From the sequence record ON075799: 64,000 nt of DNA. One strand, given 5' to 3'. The position numbers and the translations under genes are program-made. The DNA is from Escherichia phage vB_EcoM_TH18. Below, piece after piece: positions 18,231 through 28,020 of the stretch; positions within the stretch are counted from its first letter, which is position 1; each line of letters opens with the position of its first letter. The notes under the pieces are model-generated. The model saw only the letters and a list, made by a program, of their open reading frames with translations. It was not told the DNA's origin and did no database searches.

Positions 18231-21158
18231 ATGAAGATTACAAAATGGGGGGCTGGTGCATACTTTGAAGGTGAGAACCCAAAAGCATTCCGTCCTGAAC
18301 GAAAAAGTGGTGGTAAAGTGAATTATCAGAAAAAAGAAGAAGAAACCGTAGAGTCTGTCCTAGATAGCACAAGGATCCTGGCTGTCCCCCAAATGGATAT
18401 TAGTTTAGATGCAGCTAAGTACTTTAAGATCAGATCTGCAACAGATTTGAAAGACGGCACTACAGTAGTGGCAACATATCTTCCATATTATGACAAATAT
18501 GGGAAATTGACAGGGTACAAGAAACGAGACTGGTCTGTCCCAAAAGAAAAAAAAGGTCATTTCTCTGTTGTTGGCACAGTGAAGGCCTCCTCTCAATTTT
18601 TTGGGCAACATGAAGCCGCTATGGGATCTGGTAAAAAACAGATCTTTATTGTTGAGGGGGAGGGTGATGTAACGGCTGGCTGGCAAGCTGGGTTTGAGTA
18701 TATTAAATTTCTTCATAGTAATCCTAATACGTCACGTTCAGTACGTGAGTGGGCAAGTAATGCTTTAAAAGGCATCAAAGCCATTCAGGATGGCGAAGAG
18801 GTTTCTAATTGCCCGACATTACCTTTTATCGGGTTGAACTGTGGAACAGCCAATGCGGTGGATACATTTGCCCACAACGAAAAGTTTATCAGGGAATATG
18901 AAAAGATTGTCCTTGGTTTAGACAATGATGAAGCCACAGCAAGGGAAAAAGAACACAGAATTAAGAAAGGTAAGGAAGCCACAGATGATGTTGCTAGTTT
19001 TTTGTTGTCTGACAACATCTATGTTGCACGATACCCGAATGAACGCAATGACCCAAATGGTGTTAAAGATATCCGGGATATTTACAAAAAAGGTAAGTGG
19101 ATGGATATCTGGAACATGTTTGCTAAAGCGCAGGATAAATATGTTCCTGACAAATTGATTGGGTTGGAGAGAATATCTATTGAAAATCTCCGTAAAAAGA
19201 AAAAAGATGGCGTTCCGTTGCCTTGCTTTCCTCGTTTGTATGAACTAACAAGAGGCCCACGAACAGGAGAATTGTGGACACTGACAGGCCCATCTGGAGC
19301 TGGGAAATCAACTTTCTCAAGAAAGATTGAATACGCAATTATCGAGTACCTCCGTAACATGGATATTCCCCGACTAGACGGATGGAAAGAGAACGAGAAG
19401 ATTGCAATTATCCGTCTAGAGGAGGATGAAGAGGAGTCTGTAAACAGTCTATATGCTGAGGAGTTAAAAATTGACCCGAAAGCATTTGTTGCAGACCCAG
19501 AGCAATTTCTTACCGATGAGCAGCACTTAGCGATACACCAACGGTGGATTGCCGAAGATAAGGTTAAAATTTTTGACCACTTTGGTTCAATACCGACTGA
19601 CCAATTGCTACAAAAATTGAAACAGATGGTTTTCCTTGATGGGTGCAGATGGATTATCTTAGATCACTTGTCGATGGTAATATCAGGATTAAAATCTGAT
19701 AACGAGCGAAGAGATTTAGATAACATCATGACGGAATTGGCTGCCTTCTGCAAAAAATATGACGTGTTTATCCTCAGTATCAGCCATATGAAGCGTAAAG
19801 AGATACAGATTCCAAAAGATAAGGATGGTAATCTCTTACCATTTTGGTATCCTGTGCGGAAAGAGGATCTTCGTGGTTGTCTTAACGGTTATGTAGAGTT
19901 CCTTACACCAGAAGGTTGGGTGCAGTTAAAAGACTACACACCGGGACAAAAAGTGGCACAGTGGGCAGACGGGGAGATATCTTTTACTGACGATGTTGAG
20001 CACATTAGACTTGAATGTCGAGAGGATATGTATGCATTCCGCAATTCAAGTTTTGAGATGACTGTCTCTGGAGAGCATCGTGTTCTACTGGATGTGGGGG
20101 GTGAGAAACAAGTTCTCACTGCGGAAGAGATTGCTAAACTGGCAAAATACGCTAGTTTTAAAGAACGATCTTCTATTGTCAGACATTACAGTGCTGGCAA
20201 TTTCCAGACATCATTAACAGAATGGCAAATCCGCGCCATGGTGATGTTTGCCGCTGATGGATGCTATCACAGCAATGGTTTGTGTAAGATGGAATTAAGA
20301 AAAGAGAGGAAAATAGAAAGAGCAACTAAAATTCTTGACAAACTTGGCGTGCATTATTCTCACGCAGTAAATAAAAGAGGGAACACAACCTTCAGGACTA
20401 AGGCATTGACAGAGAAAAAACCTCTACATCTATGCCATAATTGGTTTATTGAACCAAGCCATACCCTCAAAATTCTACTGGATGAGGTGTTCTTGTGGGA
20501 CGGTAGCGATAAAGGTGATAAGGGAAGAGAGTTTACTTCTAAGTATCGAGAAGAGTGTGATGTTGTTCAACACGCTGCTCATGCGAATGGAATGAGCACA
20601 AAACTCTACTCACGAACAGTAAATGGTGTTACATACTACACATTAAGTGTGTATCGGGAAGGTTCTTGTAAAAATAAGACATCTTTACGATCTCTTAAAC
20701 TGGAGAGAGAGCCTTCATGGGATGGATATAAATACTGCTTCAAAGTACCATCCAGCTATTTTGTTGTTCGACAAAACGGTGTGGTGTTCGTCACAGGAAA
20801 TAGTGCAGCACTCGAGCAGTTATCATGGGTTGTATTAGGTGTTGAACCTGAAGAACTCCCTGATCGCTCTCGTGGGCGTATTCGTAGCGTTGTAATGAAA
20901 AACCGTCCACATAAAAAATTAGGTATAGCGGATACTCTGATTATGGATGATAATGGTCAGTTTTCTGATGCATCTGGTTGGGTGTGGGAAGATGGTATGT
21001 TTAAACTTAATGGGGAGGTAATGCTAAGACCTAAATCAATGATTCAAAGTCTGGAACTTGAAACACCTGTGGGGAAAATTGCTGTTTCTGTTCCTCAACA
21101 AGAACCTGCTGTTGTTATTGAGCAACCTGAAGATTTAGATAGCGATTCTCCATTTTGA
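18231..21158 (+). CDS. primase-helicase (T7 gp4-like; Toprim + DnaB-family helicase) containing an intein
   Basis: 'EGEGD'/'DND' Toprim-like, Walker A 'GPSGAGKST', Walker B 'IILDH', helicase motif H4 'DLRG/SAALEQ' interrupted by a 308-aa insert. Confidence 0.7.
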   Translation: MKITKWGAGAYFEGENPKAFRPERKSGGKVNYQKKEEETVESVLDSTRILAVPQMDISLDAAKYFKIRSATDLKDGTTVVATYLPYYDKYGKLTGYKKRDWSVPKEKKGHFSVVGTVKASSQFFGQHEAAMGSGKKQIFIVEGEGDVTAGWQAGFEYIKFLHSNPNTSRSVREWASNALKGIKAIQDGEEVSNCPTLPFIGLNCGTANAVDTFAHNEKFIREYEKIVLGLDNDEATAREKEHRIKKGKEATDDVASFLLSDNIYVARYPNERNDPNGVKDIRDIYKKGKWMDIWNMFAKAQDKYVPDKLIGLERISIENLRKKKKDGVPLPCFPRLYELTRGPRTGELWTLTGPSGAGKSTFSRKIEYAIIEYLRNMDIPRLDGWKENEKIAIIRLEEDEEESVNSLYAEELKIDPKAFVADPEQFLTDEQHLAIHQRWIAEDKVKIFDHFGSIPTDQLLQKLKQMVFLDGCRWIILDHLSMVISGLKSDNERRDLDNIMTELAAFCKKYDVFILSISHMKRKEIQIPKDKDGNLLPFWYPVRKEDLRGCLNGYVEFLTPEGWVQLKDYTPGQKVAQWADGEISFTDDVEHIRLECREDMYAFRNSSFEMTVSGEHRVLLDVGGEKQVLTAEEIAKLAKYASFKERSSIVRHYSAGNFQTSLTEWQIRAMVMFAADGCYHSNGLCKMELRKERKIERATKILDKLGVHYSHAVNKRGNTTFRTKALTEKKPLHLCHNWFIEPSHTLKILLDEVFLWDGSDKGDKGREFTSKYREECDVVQHAAHANGMSTKLYSRTVNGVTYYTLSVYREGSCKNKTSLRSLKLEREPSWDGYKYCFKVPSSYFVVRQNGVVFVTGNSAALEQLSWVVLGVEPEELPDRSRGRIRSVVMKNRPHKKLGIADTLIMDDNGQFSDASGWVWEDGMFKLNGEVMLRPKSMIQSLELETPVGKIAVSVPQQEPAVVIEQPEDLDSDSPF
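19878..20801 (+). mobile_element. intein (308 aa) in helicase motif H4
   Basis: begins Cys 'CLNGYVEFLTPEGW', ends '...VVFVTGN' followed by Ser; flanks rejoin to 'DLRG-SAALEQ' (cf. DnaB 'DLRESGSIEQ'). Confidence 0.6.
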
Positions 21159-21205
21159 GAGAAAAAAGAGGATACATGTAAAATATGATGAGTTAGCTAT
21201 TCGTG

Positions 21206-21256
21206 TTGCCAAGGGGCTTGAGGGATACATTCCCGCCAAGAGAAGCCCTTTGGCAA
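21206..21256 (+). promoter_or_regulatory. long imperfect RNA hairpin between primase-helicase and DNA polymerase
   Basis: 14-bp stem (one G-U) TTGCCAAGGGGCTT / AAGCCCTTTGGCAA with inner GGGA/TCCC stem; no U-tract. Confidence 0.35.
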
Positions 21257-21353
21257 AGAAACATATGTCAAAAATAGGCAGTTTTCCACATAATCTATAA
21301 CCAACTAAGAGATGGGCGACGATACAGTCAAGCCCATCTTGAATAGGAGGAGT

Positions 21354-23390
21354 ATGAAAGGACTTTTTTTAGCCGATACAGAGGCTGATGGATTATTAGA
21401 AGAGGCAACTAAATATCACTGCACACTTTTTAAAGAATATGCTGTAAATAACTGGGTGTTGTTTCTCGATCCTGCTCACAAGGAATATCAGAGTGCAGTT
21501 AATTTTGCACGCAGCAAGGAAGGTGTTAATTTACGAATCCTTTCTTATGATGATTTTTACTCTTGGTTACAGACCGAACCAAGAGGGATAGCAATACATA
21601 ACCTGTTCGGCTATGACTTACGCCTGTGGAAAAAACTTTCTGGGATTGAATATGATATGTTCAAAGACCCAAAATGCATGGGGACGATAGGTAATAAACA
21701 GGTAAATCTTTACGACACTCTTTCAATGAGTCGTGTTCTTTACCCAGACCGCCCATTGCCTAATGGCTGCCCAGACTCTGTATTGAACCCTGTAACAGGA
21801 AAACGTGACAGGGTTGGGCCACACGGCTTATTGGCATGGGGTTATCGTGTAGCAAACAAGAAAGTGCAGATTGATGATTGGCGTAATCAGCCATTGTGGG
21901 AATATGTAAACCGTGTATGGGAAGACGTTATCATTAACGAACTTGTGTGGAAAGCTCTTATTGATGAGTCAAATGGTACGCGATGGCCTGATGACAAGCA
22001 GTTTATGTATACTGATAAACCTCACGGGATGCACCAGATTAATTGGAAAAATGCATTACGTAGGAGAATGCTCACAGACTATTTGATGATAGAGCAAGAA
22101 ATACAGGGTGTATACTTTAATCGGGAGGAGGCAGAAAAATTAAGAGATCGCATAGATAAGATGATGCGAGAAATTGAAGAAGAGGTAGAACCACTTCTTC
22201 CAAAAAAAGAGATGACGAAATCCCAACAACCAAAATTCCCAGCTAACCCTTTTGACACAGCGGGCAATATATCTCATCATGGGTGGAATTGGTTGGAATA
22301 TAAACTTGGCTATCCTGTTAACAGAGAAGCTCTGGAGTTCAAGGCTCCACCAAAAACAGCCTTTAAGAGTAACGGGGATGTAAGTGCAGCAGGGGAGAGA
22401 TATTGCATCCAGAATGGCATTGAAGATCCGGCTTTATACGGTGATTTCATTCGTTCCCAGCGAACCAAAGAGAACACACTCGAACCTTTACCGCCAGATC
22501 TTCTAGAGAAGGCTAAAGAAGACCTTCGAAATAGAAAAATGCCAGATTTAATGGTTCCAATGAAAATCTCTAATCAAGATGATATTAAAAAATATTTGAT
22601 CAAAGATGCTGGTTGGAAACCTACACTGTGGCGTGTAAAAGATGTTACTAAGGATCAATTTAAAAAGGCCCGTGAAGATTCTGAAATCGATGTACTAGTT
22701 AAGAAGTACATAGAAGAGTTGGCAGAATCTGAATATAAATCTCTTATTCTTGAATACCTTAATGATTCAGATGAGAAATTCAACATTTCAGAACGTAAGT
22801 TTGACCATCGCCATGCATCTGAAAGGGGTTATTCAGAGATATTTAAGAAATTTCGGCGCAAGGCACGCCAGTTACCGACATCTCCTCAACTAAAAGATAA
22901 TTTTGGGCATCTGTGCCCAAATCTGGAGAAAATTGATGTGCATATGGCAAAACAGATTGTTAAGTGGCTATCACTTCGTAACAGGCGATCTGTTTTAGAC
23001 CCAATGGATGAGGATAAGACGGATACAGGGTTATTAAATCACCCTCGTTTAGACATTGACGGAAAACTCCCAGCACGTTTTTCTGGAATCACTAACACGG
23101 GCAGGTGCAAGCATACTGTTTGCGCAAACATGCCCAAGCCTGATCCGAAGGTCTTGTTGGGAAAAGAAATGCGGGGTCTTTGGACAGTCCCTGAAGGCTA
23201 CTACCTGATGGGTTGTGATGGATCTAACTTAGAAGGTATGATTGCCGCAGCAGGAGCTTTTGAGTTTGATGGCGGTGAATATTTACGTATCATGATGGAA
23301 GAGGATGCCCATGAACGAAATGCAAGAGCATACACAATAGCCGCAGGAAAGGAGGTAACACGCTCTGGAGGAAAGGGGATTACGTATGGT
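21354..23390 (+). CDS. DNA polymerase (family A, T7 gp5-like) exon 1: 3'-5' exonuclease + polymerase motifs A and first half of B
   Basis: N-term 'MKGLFLADTEADGLLEEATKYHC' like T7 gp5 'DIEANALLESVTKFHC'; motif A 'CDGSNLE'; ends '...RSGGKGITYG' then stops in all frames; ATG 21354 with AGGAGG (ORF-track start 21312 less likely). Confidence 0.7.
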
Positions 23391-24124
23391 TAATGATAGC
23401 CCCCTTACAAAGTAATTTGTAAGGCGCACCCATTGAATTGCTGGGAAGTCTGACCGAGTTATGTCGAAGATAATCAGCAGGTAAGCGAATGCTTCCCTCT
23501 TACAAAAGGAGGGAGAATATGAGTACATTTTGTTGTATAATCTGCGGTGAGCAATGTGTTAAAACTGGTAAAAATCAAAAAGTATGTCTCTCTGAAGGCT
23601 GTAAAAGAGAATATCCAAAGATAAAAACCAGAGAATATAGACGCAGAAAGGCCGAAAAAGAAAATAGGCTTGATAGAGTTGGCATAGGAAAAGGTGGTGG
23701 GCAACCTTGTGGAAAATTGTCCAAATTTTATAAAAATGGTATATCGATGTTTCGTAAGTTATCCCCTGTCATAAAGGAACAGAGAAGATACTGTAATAGA
23801 TGTAATAAAGATCTTCTTTATGCAGGTAAGGATGAATGGTGCGTTCATCATATTGACCATGACAGGACGAATAACGAAATAAGTAATTTTGAATTACTTT
23901 GTAAAAAATGCCATCAAATAGAACATAAATGTTGGGAAGCATTCGAAACTTCAACGACTAGCCGAAAGGCGTAGGGCCAAGCGGTGAGGGAAACCTCCAG
24001 TCTTTTAGACTGCCGAAGCGGTGGGCATCCTGAAAAGGATGAAGATATAGTCTGATCTGCATAGAAATATGTAGCAGTTCCTAAGAGGACGGGCATGGTG
24101 TAGCGAGCCATGTTGAACAATATG
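23391..24124 (+). mobile_element. group I intron 1 (with HNH ORF)
   Basis: splits motif B ('...ITYG | IMYGAQAPKIA'); upstream exon ends in T, insert ends in G; shares 'AATTGC-GGGAA' and 'GATATAGTCTGA' elements with intron 2. Confidence 0.55.
23519..23974 (+). CDS. HNH homing endonuclease (intron-encoded)
   Basis: 'CVHHIDHDRTNNEISNFELLCKKCHQIEH' HNH motif with zinc-binding Cys pairs; RBS AAGGAGGG. Confidence 0.65.
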   Translation: MSTFCCIICGEQCVKTGKNQKVCLSEGCKREYPKIKTREYRRRKAEKENRLDRVGIGKGGGQPCGKLSKFYKNGISMFRKLSPVIKEQRRYCNRCNKDLLYAGKDEWCVHHIDHDRTNNEISNFELLCKKCHQIEHKCWEAFETSTTSRKA

Positions 24125-24457
24125 ATCATGTATGGAGCACAGGCTCCTAAGATAGCCGCAATGCTGGGTATCCCCCTTAATAGAGCACAGGCTGTAATAG
24201 ATGCATTCTGGGATAGTAACTTCGGGTTGAAAATGCGTAGGGAGCGGTTGGAAAAATTCTGGGAGGCAAATGGGAGACGCTATATTCCAGGCATGGACGG
24301 GCGTAAAATTTGGACTCGTTCTAAACATTCTCTGCTGAATGCTTACCAACAAAACGGTGGCGCTTCATTGTTTGACCTCATGGGAGTCCTGTTCCATTGG
24401 GAATTGGTAAAACGGGGATGGTACGACCAAGGTGTCAGGAGGGTTATCTATTACCAT
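24125..24457 (+). CDS. DNA polymerase exon 2 (rest of motif B to start of motif C)
   Basis: 'IMYGAQAPKIAAMLGI...RVIYYH' ; ends exactly before 'DE' of motif C. Confidence 0.6.
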
Positions 24458-24774
24458 AAACAATATTGTGGCTTCATGCAGTAATGCATGTCGAAAACCT
24501 CTCTAATTGACGGGAAAGCTAAGTTGATTCTTATAATTTATTGTGTTATAAGGACAATATGCCAATCCGCAGCGAAGCATCCCTACGGGATGAACGTTCA
24601 ACGACTATCGAAAGCACACTAGTAATGTGTAAGTGAGTAGAGTAGGCCAGCAAGTGCGGTCCAAACGGGAGGAACCCTTGAAAAAGGGTTATGATATAGT
24701 CTGACCCACAGGAGAAATCTTGTGGCTATGCACGTAACGGTGCGGGGGAGAGTAGCGAACTCCTTGAACTGGTG
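24458..24774 (+). mobile_element. group I intron 2 (ORF-less)
   Basis: splits motif C 'YYH | DEIQV'; ends in G; conserved elements shared with intron 1. Confidence 0.5.
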
Positions 24775-25074
24775 GATGAGATACAAGTACAAGTACCGGA
24801 AAGATTTAAATCAATAACGGAGTATTCCAGTTTAGATGCTGCACAAAGCTATGTAGATATGATGCTTGAAAAAGGTCATCGTTTCGACGGACATTATGTG
24901 AAAGCAGGTAAAGTTATTGTTGAACCTGATGTGTACGGGAAATACAGGATACTGCATTGCCCAGTAGGAGAGCTTGCAACAAAATGTGTAGAAAAAGCAT
25001 CTAAGATAATGGGGCTTCCCGTTTTAATTACAGGAGAATATCTTTGTGGTTATACTTGGGCAGATTCCCACTAA
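24775..25074 (+). CDS. DNA polymerase exon 3 (motif C to C-terminus)
   Basis: 'DEIQVQV...' completes HDE; C-terminus '...GYTWADSH' like Pol I-family terminal His. Confidence 0.6.
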   Translation, partial: DEIQVQVPERFKSITEYSSLDAAQSYVDMMLEKGHRFDGHYVKAGKVIVEPDVYGKYRILHCPVGELATKCVEKASKIMGLPVLITGEYLCGYTWADSH

Positions 25075-25083
25075 AAATGGTAA

Positions 25084-25105
25084 GGTGCTGAAAAGCACCT
25101 TTTTT
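25084..25105 (+). terminator. intrinsic terminator after DNA polymerase
   Basis: GGTGCT-GAAA-AGCACC followed by TTTTTT. Confidence 0.6.
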
Positions 25106-25120
25106 GAAAGAAGAGGTGGT

Positions 25121-25480
25121 ATGAGAGTAAAAGGAACCCAGACAACAACACAACTTATTGATGTTGAAGTAAACGACTCTGAAATCAAAAGAATCATAGA
25201 TAGCCAAGACAAAATGATCTTGGCAGAAGCAATTCAACAAAAACTTTTAAACAAATTCTTCAAAAGATGCCTCCCTTCAATAGACGGGGAGATTATCGTA
25301 AGGAAGGACGCTAAGACTGGCAAGATCTTCGTCCATGTTGATGCAGATTGGGATTACCATAATAATGTTGGCGTGGAGAAAGAAATCAGGCCATTGACAC
25401 ACGATGAGGTTGTATTGTATGAAAACATCCTAGGACTACCTGAGTATATAATGTCTTTAGATGTTGAATGGGCTAACTAA
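25121..25480 (+). CDS. hypothetical protein
   Basis: ATG 25121 after RBS AAGAGGTGG. Confidence 0.5.
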   Translation: MRVKGTQTTTQLIDVEVNDSEIKRIIDSQDKMILAEAIQQKLLNKFFKRCLPSIDGEIIVRKDAKTGKIFVHVDADWDYHNNVGVEKEIRPLTHDEVVLYENILGLPEYIMSLDVEWAN

Positions 25481-25546
25481 GAACACTTGCCATAGGCAAT
25501 CTGTTTGTGTATCATTTCACTACCTAACACTTTGTGGAGAATTTCT

Positions 25547-25966
25547 ATGAGAAATGTAAAGATACATGCAATACCAAGTGACTATTTATCGCCACCTGCA
25601 CAAGGGAGTTCCTTCTGTACAGATATGGTTTCTTATGATGACTACAAGAAACTGGAGGGTATGTTCATTGACGTAGCATCAGAAAATGCACTCCTAAAGA
25701 AGTTCATTCGTGAGAGTTGTTATGTTTTCGATGGCGAACAATCAGATATTTTGGATGCATATACCCCAGCAGATCAGTCACCTTTGATGCCTAGTTTGGA
25801 AGCCACAAATAAGTTCCCCACAGAGATGATGGCTCAAGGTGTTCATATGTACGGTATGCTCACAATCCGTATCGGAGAGCAGGAGCAAGAAGAAAGCATC
25901 ATCTATGCTGGTAAACAAGCCCTTCTCTATGCAGAACAACTTCGTAATGGAGATTTCGAACAATGA
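25547..25966 (+). CDS. hypothetical protein
   Basis: ORF from ATG 25547. Confidence 0.45.
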   Translation: MRNVKIHAIPSDYLSPPAQGSSFCTDMVSYDDYKKLEGMFIDVASENALLKKFIRESCYVFDGEQSDILDAYTPADQSPLMPSLEATNKFPTEMMAQGVHMYGMLTIRIGEQEQEESIIYAGKQALLYAEQLRNGDFEQ

Positions 25967-26454
25967 ATTTTGATATTACAAAGCTACATGTCTTACTACA
26001 AAGTTTTTACCTTTCTTACGATGCTTGGGTAAAAAGAGGAGCACCAGATTCTGATATTTTCTCTCGTGACTGCGGTTTGTGTGCCAATTTATATGATTGG
26101 TGTAATGTGAATCATTTGTCCGGCTACAGAGATGACCTACTGGACATGCTGCATGATGATTTCGAAAAAGCGGGGCTAGACAAAAGATTGCCTTTCAACC
26201 AGACAAGCCTCTATAGTAGAGAAATGTTTAAAAATACTTGCCACGAGAACAAAGAACGCTTGCAATGGGTACAAGACAATATAGATTTGTTCAAGAAGGA
26301 GCAAGGGGCTTTAAGAAATAAGTATGAAACTTTGAGTGCTGCTGCTGAAATGGTTGTGTACACATGGGCAAGTGCGGACAGTGAACAATTTGAAGCAAGT
26401 ATGGATAAAAGCGTTTCTGTATTACGGGATGTATTATTCAAAGTGGAAGAATAA
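25963..26454 (+). CDS. hypothetical protein
   Basis: 163-aa ORF, ATGA overlap with upstream gene. Confidence 0.5.
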   Translation: MNFDITKLHVLLQSFYLSYDAWVKRGAPDSDIFSRDCGLCANLYDWCNVNHLSGYRDDLLDMLHDDFEKAGLDKRLPFNQTSLYSREMFKNTCHENKERLQWVQDNIDLFKKEQGALRNKYETLSAAAEMVVYTWASADSEQFEASMDKSVSVLRDVLFKVEE

Positions 26455-26456
26455 TT

Positions 26457-26720
26457 ATGCCAAAACTAACAAAAGAAGAAAAGAAGTGGTTAAAAGACCT
26501 TCAAAGTATCATTGATCGTTGTCCCTCCCCAAAAAAGATAGGTTTTTATACCATAGGGGATAGGCATATTTATCTGTACGATTTACGCCGTGAAGATGAA
26601 ATTTTTAAGGCACTGGACTCTGGGACGGCATTTGATTTTTGCATGGCTGTTGAAAACCTTGACGCTTTGTTTGAAGAGAGTATTACATTTCCCTCGGTAG
26701 TGGCAAGTACAGCAGGATAA
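26457..26720 (+). CDS. hypothetical protein
   Basis: 87-aa ORF. Confidence 0.45.
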   Translation: MPKLTKEEKKWLKDLQSIIDRCPSPKKIGFYTIGDRHIYLYDLRREDEIFKALDSGTAFDFCMAVENLDALFEESITFPSVVASTAG

Positions 26721-26728
26721 GGTGACTT

Positions 26729-27034
26729 ATGAAAAAATTTACAAAAGAGCAGCTACTTAAGCATGTTCGCTCTAATGTTGACCATCTGGAAGACCTCCAA
26801 CAGCGTGTTGGTGAGGCTGGAGATGAGTATAAGAAGATTTTTGATATGGTATCTCTTGATTTGGAGATTGCTAAGATCGCATTAAATGCATTAGAAGCAA
26901 AACCGATTGGTGCTTTCCATATCACAAAGCAGCAAGTCGATGGTACAAGCGACTATATCAAAGATGGAGAATGGCCCATTGATAACGGAACAATTGAAGT
27001 ATACACTTCACCACTTGCTTTTACAGCGTGTTAA
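26729..27034 (+). CDS. hypothetical protein (paralog family 'IAL.ALEAKP')
   Basis: shares 'LEIAKIALNALEAKPIG' motif with 27405..27938. Confidence 0.5.
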   Translation: MKKFTKEQLLKHVRSNVDHLEDLQQRVGEAGDEYKKIFDMVSLDLEIAKIALNALEAKPIGAFHITKQQVDGTSDYIKDGEWPIDNGTIEVYTSPLAFTAC

Positions 27035-27052
27035 TAACAAAAGGGAGCGAGG

Positions 27053-27178
27053 ATGTTCAATAATTTGCCCAGTACTGGTTTTTTCTTGTTTCTTGGGGTT
27101 GTTTGTGCAGTTATTGGTTGGGCAGCTATTGAGTCAATTCTTTGGCTGCTTTCTTTCATACACATAACTATTTATTAA
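27053..27178 (+). CDS. small hydrophobic ORF (41 aa), not in ORF track
   Basis: strong RBS GGGAGCGAGG before ATG 27053; predicted membrane peptide 'MFNNLPSTGFFLFLGVVCAVIGWAAIESILWLLSF...'. Confidence 0.35.
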   Translation: MFNNLPSTGFFLFLGVVCAVIGWAAIESILWLLSFIHITIY

Positions 27179-27186
27179 GGATTGGT

Positions 27187-27402
27187 ATGTTAATAACAAA
27201 GGATAAATACATGAACGGACAAATCTCAATTACTCGACCTAACACAGGTGATGATGACAAGATAAGAATGGCTATTCGTCTGGAGAGAGGAAAAACAATA
27301 ACTGCTCTTGTTACCCCAGAAAATCTTGCATTGGCACTGACCGGAAAGTCAGAACTCCCCGTAGAGCTAGATGTGAGAAATGTTGAGATTAAGGTGAAAT
27401 AG
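27187..27402 (+). CDS. hypothetical protein
   Basis: ATG 27187 after AAGGA; ORF-track TTG start at 27142 less likely. Confidence 0.45.
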   Translation: MLITKDKYMNGQISITRPNTGDDDKIRMAIRLERGKTITALVTPENLALALTGKSELPVELDVRNVEIKVK

Positions 27403-27404
27403 GT

Positions 27405-27938
27405 ATGAGCATTCTTACTAAAGAGAGATTGTTGACAATCAAGCAGTGGCGCGAAACATACGGACTTGGTAGTAACGTTGTACTGCCAGCAGAAGAGGCG
27501 CAAGAACTGGCACGAATTGCTCTGGCATCGCTGGAAGCGAAACCTGTTGCATGGACTGATGAGGAACTGCGTGATGTTAAGCAGTATGGTTTCGGTGAGA
27601 TATTTCAGTGTCCGCCAGATAAATATGCGGACCCGCGTCGTGTAATCTCGCTGTATCGCGAGCCGCCAACACTTACAGTGCCGAAAGTGGAACCGATAGT
27701 AGTAAACGACGACATGGCATACGCATTCCATCATGCACTGTCAGATTCATCGCTAGGCGCTGATGAGGTAGAGGAAATTAAAACTGGGTTGCGTGCAGCC
27801 TTTGCCAACGTCACCACCCAGCCACCATTGATAGTGCCTGATGAAATCGAGCCAGACGATAGCAATACGTTTGATTATGTTGATGGCTGGAACGCCTGTC
27901 GCGCTGCCATGCTCAAAAAGAAGGGGATGAATCAATGA
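27405..27938 (+). CDS. hypothetical protein, GC-richer host-like codon usage (paralog family 'IAL.ALEAKP')
   Basis: 'ARIALASLEAKPVAW' motif; frequent CTG/GCG/CGC codons unlike flanking genes. Confidence 0.5.
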   Translation: MSILTKERLLTIKQWRETYGLGSNVVLPAEEAQELARIALASLEAKPVAWTDEELRDVKQYGFGEIFQCPPDKYADPRRVISLYREPPTLTVPKVEPIVVNDDMAYAFHHALSDSSLGADEVEEIKTGLRAAFANVTTQPPLIVPDEIEPDDSNTFDYVDGWNACRAAMLKKKGMNQ

Positions 27939-28018
27939 CCTGGCCTGAAGCATTCACAACGGTAGGGGTTGTAATGGCTGTAGCATTCGCAGTGTACTCA
28001 GTTTGCCGATGGGGGTGA
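27935..28018 (+). CDS. tiny hydrophobic ORF (27 aa), not in ORF track
   Basis: ATGA overlap with upstream stop; 'MTWPEAFTTVGVVMAVAFAVYSVCRWG'; stop 2 nt before next ATG. Confidence 0.3.
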   Translation: MTWPEAFTTVGVVMAVAFAVYSVCRWG

Positions 28019-28020
28019 TA

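Noticed and set aside
21312-21353. DNA polymerase start at 21312
   Set aside because: The in-frame ATG at 21354 is preceded by AGGAGG and yields an N-terminus that aligns with the T7 gp5 exonuclease motif region; the upstream ATG lacks an RBS.
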